NCBI GenBank assembly: GCA_951406725.2
Contig: OX597829.1
Location: 7,998,001 to 8,062,000 of the forward strand
DNA from: Octopus vulgaris
Lineage: Eukaryota
Length of the DNA: 64,000 nucleotides
Direction of reading: 5' to 3'
The first letter of the stretch is position 1, and each line of letters opens with the position of its first letter. The notes beneath the pieces were generated by a model. The model worked only from the letters and a program-made list of their open reading frames with translations. It ran no database searches and had not been told where the DNA came from. The translations under genes were made by a program, and so were the position numbers. Positions 56,429-64,000 of this stretch are shown here, in pieces.

Positions 56429-57730
56429 TCATCTAATATATAAAATAGAGATGTGTCTATTTGCTTTTCATGCGCATCTATATCTCTCTATCTCTCTCTC
56501 TGTATCTATCTTATTTGTTTAACTAGCTAGCTCTCTCTTTCTATATATATATAAATATCACTCATTCTCTATTGTTTTCACTTTCATTTTTCAGACACTA
56601 TTTTTACTTGAAGTTCAATTGCTATTGCTTTCACTGTAAGTTTTCAATCACTGTTTACAAACAACAACGACAAATTACAGAAAGAAGTTCATAATTACTG
56701 ATGAAAGTAATTTCATACATAATTAACTGACAATTTACCTACAAATTTCTAATTTACTTTTGCAATGTTTTGTGTTTTTTCGGGGTTTTTTTTGTTGATA
56801 GAATTACTGATAAAATCAAGTTCATAATTTACTGACAGAAGTAACTTCAAAAATTTCACTTAAATTCGTACACTTAGTTAATTTCCCTAAAATTTCTTAT
56901 TTACTTTTGCAATGGTTTTGTGTCTTTCTGTTGTTAATGGCCTTTTTCTGGTTCCTTTGATAATGGCCCTTTGGTTCACTAAGTGACAAATTTCGTTTCA
57001 ACCCGTACAATTCTGTATTTTCTGCTCGTCATATTTACAAATATAATTTCCGTACCCAGTTATTTTCATTGTTTACTATCTTCTGCACCTATGTATTTCT
57101 GTATACACATATAACCATGCCTAGAAGGAAAGTGTCAAATTTCTCTACAATGTCAAGGTCAGCCAAAAGAATGTCTCTGGCTAGGGAAAGAGAGACAACT
57201 GTAGAAAGGGAAGTATACCAAGAAATGAATAGACTGTGCACTATAAAAGCCAGAGCATCTCAAAGTTATGAGCAGAAGTATGCACAGCTGACAAGGAACA
57301 GAATATCTACTGCAGAACGAAGAACAGTTGCAACAGCTCAGAGAAGCAGTTTTTAATTATGATCCAGCAGTTCATTATGTAGATGACACTAGAGTTTCCA
57401 CTGGTGCAATGACAGCTGACTGCAAACATTGTAAAGCAAAGAAGTGGCCTGGAGAGACACCTGCACTCTGCTGCCGTGGTGAAAAGGTTAAAGTTCCTGC
57501 AATCCTCCTACCTCCAGAGCCATTGAAGAAACTGTTGTCATCAACTGACCAAGATTCAAAGCACTACCAAAACAAAACTAGGCAATACAATGCCGCACTA
57601 CAGATGACATCATTTGGAGCCACAAGAGATTTAACTGAGCCAGGATTCATGTAAACTTTCAAGATCCAAGATCAGATTTATTATCGGATTAGTTCTCTAC
57701 TACCTCTGTCAAATGACTCACCAAAGTTGG
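56429..57730 (+). mobile_element. Helitron 5' portion with RepHel N-terminal pseudogene
   Basis: 5' tcatctaatatataaaa; from 57117 MPRRK...ARERET..., then (frameshift) FNYDP...GAMTADCKHCKAKKWPGETPALCCRGEKV...PPEPLKKLL...RQYNAALQMTSFGA...GFM*TFKIQDQIYYRISSLLP. Confidence 0.9.
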
Positions 57731-57969
57731 CCTTTCATTGCTTATAATCTGTACTTGTTTTTTGGTGTTTTTGAATTATGTGTATTTACTTTATATACAT
57801 ATAGGAGATGAAAACTTGCTTTTAACATTTCACTTAACATCTATGTTCCATGGTGGCATGGGTTGGAGAGTTATTAATGTGGAAAGTTTGTACCTCAGCT
57901 ACTAGCAGTTGTAACCTGCATAATCTAGAAGGTACATTTAAATTTCATTATTATCTTTAACCTAGACAA

Positions 57970-59603
57970 CCTGGTCATAGCCCAACTAATTAGGGAGAGA
58001 GTCAGTTTAGAGGAGATACAGTTTAGGCTTGTGCCAGGGAAAAGTACCACTGATGCTATATTTTTGGTAAGACAGCTGCAGGAGAAATACCTAGCTAAAG
58101 ATAAACCTCAGTACCTGGCTTTCATTGACATGGAGAAAGCCTTTGACACCCCTTATCTCTTATCTGGTAGTCAATGCGGAAACCAGGGATAGATGAGTGG
58201 TTAGTGAGAGCTGTACAAGCCATGTACAGGGATGCTGTCAGTAAGGTGAGGGTTGGCAACAAGTACAGAGAAGAATTCTGGGTAGGGGTCCATCAAGGAT
58301 CAGACCCCTCTTATTCATCATAGTCCTCCAAGTAATAGGAGGGGAATTCAAGACAGGATGCCTCTGGGAGCTTCTCTATGCTGATGACTTTGTTCTAATA
58401 GTTCTGAGTCACTATCAGAACGAGACGAGAAGTTTCAGATGTGGAAGCAAGGTCTAGAATCGAAGGGCCTTAGAGTCAATCTAGCAAAAACAAATGTCAT
58501 AAGTAGGAAAGCAGACAAACAACAAATACCTTCAGGTAGATGGCCCTGCTCGATCTGGAGAAAAGACATAGGTAGAACCTCCATAAAATGTACCTGGTGT
58601 AAGCTATGGACACATAAGAGGTGCAGTAATATGAAAGGAAGGCTAACTGGGAAGATAGTTTTTGTGTGTGACAAATGCTCAGGGCAATAAACACTGAAAA
58701 TGTGCAGAAAACAGCTAAAGGCAGTGAAACATGGCTGTGACTGCTGAGGACAAGCATAAGCTTGCAAGTAATGAAGCTAGTATGCACTACTGGATGTGTA
58801 ATGTCAGTGTGTATACACAATAGAGTGTAAGTGCCCTGAAAGAAAAGTTGGACATAAGAAGCATCAGTTGTGGTGTGCAAAAGAGACGACTGAGCTGGTA
58901 TGGTCATGTGTTGCAAATGGATGAGGACAGCTGTGTGAAAAAGTGTCACACCCTAGCAGCAGAGGGAACCTATGGAAGAGGAAGACCTGAGATGAGGTGG
59001 TAAAGCAGGACTTTTGAATTTGGGCCTCACGGAGGTGATGACAAGTGACCAAGACCTTTGGTGATATGCTTGAGAAAACCCAGCAAGCCAAGTGAGACGA
59101 TAACCATGACCTATGCCAGTGCAGCATAACTGACTCATTTGAGAGTACCCTTCAATCATTGGGCAATAAACTGTGCTTGCAAAGACCTGTTGAGTCAAGT
59201 GAAATCATTATCGTGGCTGATGACAGTACCGCCTGATTGGCACCTGTGCCAGTGGCACATAAAACCCAACATTCGTATGTGGTCAATGCCAGTGCCACCT
59301 GCCTGCTCCTGTGCCTCGTAAAAAACACCATTCGATCGTTGCCAGTGCCACCTGATTGGCTTCCATGCCAGAGGCACGTAAAAAGCCCCATTCCAGTGTG
59401 GTCAATGTCAGTATTGCCTGACTGGCCCTCATACCGGTGGTATGTAAAAAGCACCCACTACACACTCGGAGTGGTTGGTGTTAGGAAGGGCATCCAGCTG
59501 TAGGGACCTTGCCAGATCAGATTGGAGCCTGGCGAAGCCATCTGGTTCGCCAGTCCTCAGTCAACCCATGCCAGCATGGAAAGCAGGCATTAAACGATGA
59601 TGA
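57970..59603 (+). mobile_element. Older RTE LINE copy (RT to tail) with frameshifts and an internal deletion
   Basis: Collinear with 42885-43573 and 49280-49650; the segment between the Cys module and GSETW is missing at ~58720; tail ends aaacgatgatg. Confidence 0.92.
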
Positions 59604-59604
59604 T

Positions 59605-59653
<49 letters not shown>

Positions 59654-60857
59654 CATATATATATATATACACCTATATATATATACACACACTCACGCAC
59701 ATATATATACACATATATATATACACACATATATATATATACACATATCTACAGACATATATATACACGTATGTTTACACACACACACATGTACATATAT
59801 GCTCACATATATACACATACACACACACTAATAACCCCATTATTACCACCACCACCACCACCACCACCATTACAACAAAATGCCGCTGTATTTATAGTAT
59901 CAGATAGGCCGTTTATGTAAAGCAACGACAGTTCGAAAATGCTTTCTAGTTGGTGTTTGTCAGTTGGAATGTTTATAGGAGAGAGAGAAAGAGAGAGGGG
60001 TGAGAGCTAGATAGAAACTGTAAACAATTAGATAATAGATATGAACAACTTGTAACTATTATTAACCATCTCCAAGACAATATTAATTAAGGTGAGTAAA
60101 AGGTGGGTGGGTGGTTTAAGTTGGCAGTAATAATCAACACACACTCACACATAGCTATTATTATTAGCAGAGAGGTTGTAGTATTTGCTATTTGTTTTCT
60201 CCCTCGAAATACCAGGCTGCAATATTTTGATAATTTCCTTCCTTTCACACATAATGGTGTCCAGTTGTTTTAATTAGTCCATTAATAATACTGTATTCCT
60301 TATTAATTGCAATAGCTTTATTTTATACAGTAACGAAATTACAAATAGAAATTCCATTATAACGAACACAGAATATGACCTGTAGCTGTATGTAATACGT
60401 AAAACTTAATATAATACGGTAAATAAAATGTAGGGTATTCAAAGATATATATACACATTGCTTAATTTGTATATGAAAAACAGAATATAAGCGGTGTCAG
60501 GGAACGAACCGTCTTTTCGTTTAAAATATTTAATAATGCATTTGTTTATATTCAGTTTTTTGTTGCTTTTTTTTCATTCGACCTTAATTTCATTTCCCTC
60601 TTTTTACACAATAACAACAAATGATGACAGTTAAATAAATGATAAACATGTCATAACTGACAGAAGATAAACGAAACGAACCAAAACAAAAACAGAACAC
60701 GATTCGGTAATTTCATTACCTATTAATTTCGTTCTATTTTCGTTACCTTTTTAATATTTTTACTACATACAATACTTAGTGTGGAGTGTGAAATAAATAG
60801 TTAAGTCCTAGACAACAACAAAACTGAAAGAGGAGAGAAGCTAAAGCAGAAACTTAC

Positions 60858-61106
60858 CTGAGATGCAGATGTGGTGGCATCGCCTCTCGCCTTCGACGTA
60901 CATTGAGCAACGCACAGCGCTCCGCCACTCGTCTCGGATCTTTTGCGCCATTCGTTCCAAGCCAAATAACCCAATGTAGGTACAACGAAAGCAGCTGCCG
61001 TTGTCTTTGCTGTATTGAAATGATTCCAGCTTTGTCCAGAGTGGTTTAAGTAAACATTGTTCTTTAATATAGACTGAAGACTCCGTCGAAAAAGTCGGGA
61101 AGCCAT
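60858..61106 (-). CDS. First coding exon (83 codons) of a host gene, probably a nuclear-encoded mitochondrial protein
   Basis: aaacATGG start; MASRLFRRSLQSILKNN... is Arg/Ser/Leu-rich with no acidic residues for ~50 aa; hydrophobic AAAFVVPTLGYLAW segment then ALCVAQC; ends CAG|GTAAGT (phase 0); locally CpG-rich and unique. Confidence 0.8.
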
Positions 61107-61125
61107 GTTTCCGTTTTGTACTTTA

Positions 61126-61137
61126 ACGCATGCGCAC
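61126..61137 (-). promoter_or_regulatory. NRF-1-type site (TGCGCATGCG)
   Basis: gTGCGCATGCGtt 20-30 nt upstream of the ATG; matches the NRF-1 consensus YGCGCAYGCGCR in 10 of 12 positions. Confidence 0.55.
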
Positions 61138-61429
61138 TGAGTCGCCACTCAAGTCTCAACTTCGCTTCCAGCTGAATTTTCGATTTTGCCGGTTTTCCTC
61201 TGAATATCATTGTTTTCTTAAATTAAAAAAAAAATTATATCATACAGCATTTCTTTAATTTTTAAAAATAAAAACAATTTTTTCTATTCGTAAATTAAAG
61301 AAAAATTTCTTTATAGGAAAAATGTTAATCTTTATTTTCATTAATAGCTGTATTATAGATTCTGAATAATAATTCTGCTGATAGAAGACGCATTTATTCA
61401 TCAAAGCCAAAGATCGATTTAAAATAACA

Positions 61430-61680
61430 AACATGCTTTTAGCTCGCTCGCGTACTGTTTCCTCTAATTACTTTTTCTCCTGCTACTATAATGATCTGCG
61501 CGCCTTGAAGGTATCTATTGCCAATTCCTATCAGGCCCTCCAAACTTACACAACTCTCCTCTCTCATTATTCATGTTGTGTCAAAGTCCCAAACTGGAAT
61601 TCCCTCCTAGCTCAGGTCTCTCCCTGCTGGCGTTCTCTTGAACCAGTTTTAGCAGAATGTTAATCCTATCTATGTCACCA
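61430..61680 (+). pseudogene. Old L2/CR1-like LINE 3' ORF remnant
   Basis: LARSRTVSS..FFSCYYN and WNSLLAQVSP resemble the L.HRR.V.SL..FYRYY and LWNSLP..VFP motifs. Confidence 0.5.
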
Positions 61681-61977
61681 GCCTGTGAAGGCCGTCTGTT
61701 CCTACCTACATGTAAGTAAAAAGATGAAAAAAAAATTTTTTAATAAAGGTCGTGCTCCAGCATGGCCACAATCAAATGACTGAAACAAGTAAAAGAGTAA
61801 AGGAGCAATGTCAACTACTGTTGAATTTGACAAGCTAAAAGAAGAAAATTGTATACTATAAGACCAACATTCTATAATTCTCTTCAGCAAAAACGTGCTC
61901 TCGGGAGAGCCAAAGCTGAATGGGAAAAAAAAAAAGCATCACAGAACAATTTTTTTAATGAAATCTAAAATGCTATA

Positions 61978-62117
61978 TAGGATCTGCGGTATGAAACTTG
62001 CTTCCCGAACACATGGCCCTGGGTTCAGTACCACTGCATGGCACCTCAGGCAAGTGTCTTCTACTATAGCCTAGTGAGTGGATTTGGTTGATAGAAACTG
62101 AAAAAAGCCCAATGTAA

Positions 62118-62148
<31 letters not shown>

Positions 62149-62356
62149 TGTGTGTCTTTAAGATTGTGTTTGTCACCGAAATATCACTTGACAACCAGTG
62201 TTGGTGTGTTTATGTCCCTGCAGCTTTGCAGTCTGGCAACAGGGACCAATAGAATAATAAAAAATTTTTACTGCTGTCGATTCAGTCAATTAAAAATTCT
62301 TCAAGGCGGTGCCCCAGCATGCCTACAGTCTAACGACTGAGACACATAAAAGGAAA
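61978..62356 (+). mobile_element. SINE family A copy (diverged)
   Basis: gggttcagtaccactgc...ggcaagtgtcttctactatagcc...ggcggtgccccagcatg. Confidence 0.85.
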
Positions 62357-62374
62357 CATAGTAGAAAATATATA

Positions 62375-62562
62375 CATCATCATCATCATCATCATCACCA
62401 TCATTGTTTAATGTCCGCTTTCCATGCTAGCATGGGTTGGACGATTTGACTAAGGACAGGCAAACCAGGAGGCAGCACCAGGCTCCAATCTCAACTGGCA
62501 AGGTTTCTACAGCTGGATGCCCTTCCTAACACCAACCACTCCAAGAGTGTAGTAGGTGCTTC
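62375..62562 (-). mobile_element. RTE tail element
   Basis: (atc)n...ccatgctagcatgggttggacg...ggatgcccttcctaac. Confidence 0.85.
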
Positions 62563-62563
62563 G

Positions 62564-62628
<65 letters not shown>

Positions 62629-62709
62629 TCAGATGAATATGGCACTTAAGTTGAGGCACCAGAATTTAGTATGGTATTATCCATACAATTTCAAAATAGG
62701 GTGATTAAA

Positions 62710-62953
62710 ATCAAAATAAGCAACAAGGATATCCAGAAGTAATGCAGTACGATCGTTTCATGCAATTCCATTTAATTGGACAATGCAATCATTTCATTAC
62801 ATCAATTTAAAATGTAAAGCAATCTTTGTGCAGCTGAAGATTGCTCTACATTTTAAATTGATGTAATGAAATGATTGCATTGTTCAATTAAATGGAGTTG
62901 CATGAAACGATCGTACTGCATTACTTCTGGATATCCTTGTTGCTTATTTTGAT
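62710..62953. repeat. Long fold-back (~117-bp arms), probably an inverted PLE terminal repeat
   Basis: 62710-62826 is the near-exact reverse complement of 62837-62953. Confidence 0.92.
62829..62920 (+). ncRNA. Type-I hammerhead ribozyme with canonical core and long stem II
   Basis: TGCAG-CTGAAGA-[63-nt imperfect hairpin]-GAA-AC-GATC-GT-A-CTGCA; GUA cleavage triplet at 62913-62915. Confidence 0.72.
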
Positions 62954-62957
62954 ATAA

Positions 62958-63111
62958 CTCACGGAGTGGTTGGCGTTAGGAAGGGCATCCAGCCGTAGAA
63001 ACACTGCTAACTGGGCCTGATGAAGCCTTCCAGCTTCACAGACCCCAGTTGAACAGTCCAACCCATGCTAGCATGGATAACGGACGCTAAATGATGATGA
63101 TGATGATGATA
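62958..63111 (+). mobile_element. RTE tail element
   Basis: ctcacggagtggttggcgttaggaagggcatcc...ggacgctaaatgatgatg. Confidence 0.85.
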
Positions 63112-63133
63112 TATTATATATATATATCAAAAA

Positions 63134-63171
63134 CTGTCCAATGAACGGCAACAGGAAACTCATAGTAACAG
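63134..63171 (+). ncRNA. Degenerate hammerhead-like motif
   Basis: CTGT-CCAATGA-acggcaacag-GAA-ACT-cat-AGT-A-ACAG; stems I and III intact, core and stem II mutated. Confidence 0.35.
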
Positions 63172-63291
63172 CATTTGTTGAATTTTCTGCTGCTTTAAAT
63201 AAAGCATATTACTCTACCACTGGTATTTGAGTACTCTTTTTTCCACCTTGTTTCACATTTATGTGTTTACTACGGTATATATATTATATTA

Positions 63292-63627
63292 TGGCTCAGT
63301 GGTTAGAGCGTCGAGCTTACGATCGTGAGGTTGTGAGCTCGAATCCCGGACCGGGCTGCGTGTTGTGTTCTTGAGCAAGGCACTTTATTTCACGTTGCTC
63401 CAGTTCACTCAGCTGTAGAAATGAGTTGCGACGTCACAGGTGCCAAGCTGTATCGACCTTTGTCTTTCCCTTGGATAACACTGGTGGCGTGGAGAGGGGA
63501 GGCTGGTATGCATGGGCGACTGCTGGTCTTCCATAAAAAACAACCTTGCCCGGACTTGTGTCTAGGAGGGTAACTTTCTAGGTGCAATCCCATGGTCATT
63601 CATGACCGAAGGGGGTCTTTACCCCTT
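63292..63627 (+). mobile_element. tRNA-derived CORE-like SINE
   Basis: tggctcagtggttagagcg (A box)...gagctcgaatccc (B box), gttgtgttcttgagcaaggcacttt...ctcagctgtagaaatgagt. Confidence 0.88.
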
Positions 63628-63676
63628 TATATATATATATACACATATATTATTGTGTCTGGGGAGGATTGTTCTG

Positions 63677-63864
63677 TTAATGCCTTATTAATTAACACAC
63701 CATTTTGATTTCCATTCTTGTACTTATTTATTTCTTCTAAAATTTTCATTGCTTCTTGCAATGACTAATGAAGAGGTTGCAAGAAGTAATGAGAAAATTT
63801 TAGAAAAAAGTAACTAAGTACAAGAGTGGAAATCAAAATGGTGTGTTAATTAATAAGGCATTAA
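63677..63864. repeat. Fold-back inverted repeat (~85-bp arms) with a degenerate hammerhead-like centre
   Basis: ttaatgccttattaattaacacaccattttgatttcca... / ...tggaaatcaaaatggtgtgttaattaataaggcattaa; centre CTA-ATGAAGA-G-GTTGC-aagaa-GTAAT-ga-GAA-AATT-T-TAG. Confidence 0.85.
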
Positions 63865-64000
63865 AACCAAATAGTATCTCCTTGGCTGTGGCATGTAACT
63901 GGCCAAGAAGTTACCATTGGTTTCACATCTACTACTACACTCAACAATACTGGAGGTGTGTTGTGCATCCTTCAGACCTTGTTAGGAATATATCAGGAAG

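Noticed and set aside
63292-63365. tRNA gene
   Set aside because: A/B boxes are present, but there is no acceptor stem or poly-T terminator and it continues into a SINE body; the same applies to 23070-23146

Overview
AT-rich eukaryotic (metazoan) DNA dominated by repeats. The repeat families and very long (TA)n/(CA)n compound microsatellites are typical of an Octopus-like cephalopod genome (inference). The many 'IYIY' ORFs are microsatellite artefacts. The only convincing host-gene piece is a minus-strand first coding exon at 60858-61106. It encodes a mitochondrial-presequence-like N-terminus and has an NRF-1-type site just upstream, so much of the window is probably intron. The window contains RTE, CR1, L2/CR1-like and Tx1-like LINE fragments, at least three tRNA-SINE families, a large Neptune-type Penelope-like element (RT + GIY-YIG), Helitron, piggyBac, Tigger/pogo and hAT fossils and MITEs, and a 155-bp satellite. 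The most striking signal is a set of seven type-I hammerhead-ribozyme-like motifs in dissimilar short inserts within or near (TA)n tracts. Together they show three different Watson-Crick versions of the catalytic 3-8 pair (C3-G8, U3-A8, G3-C8), and three of them lie in fold-back inverted repeats.
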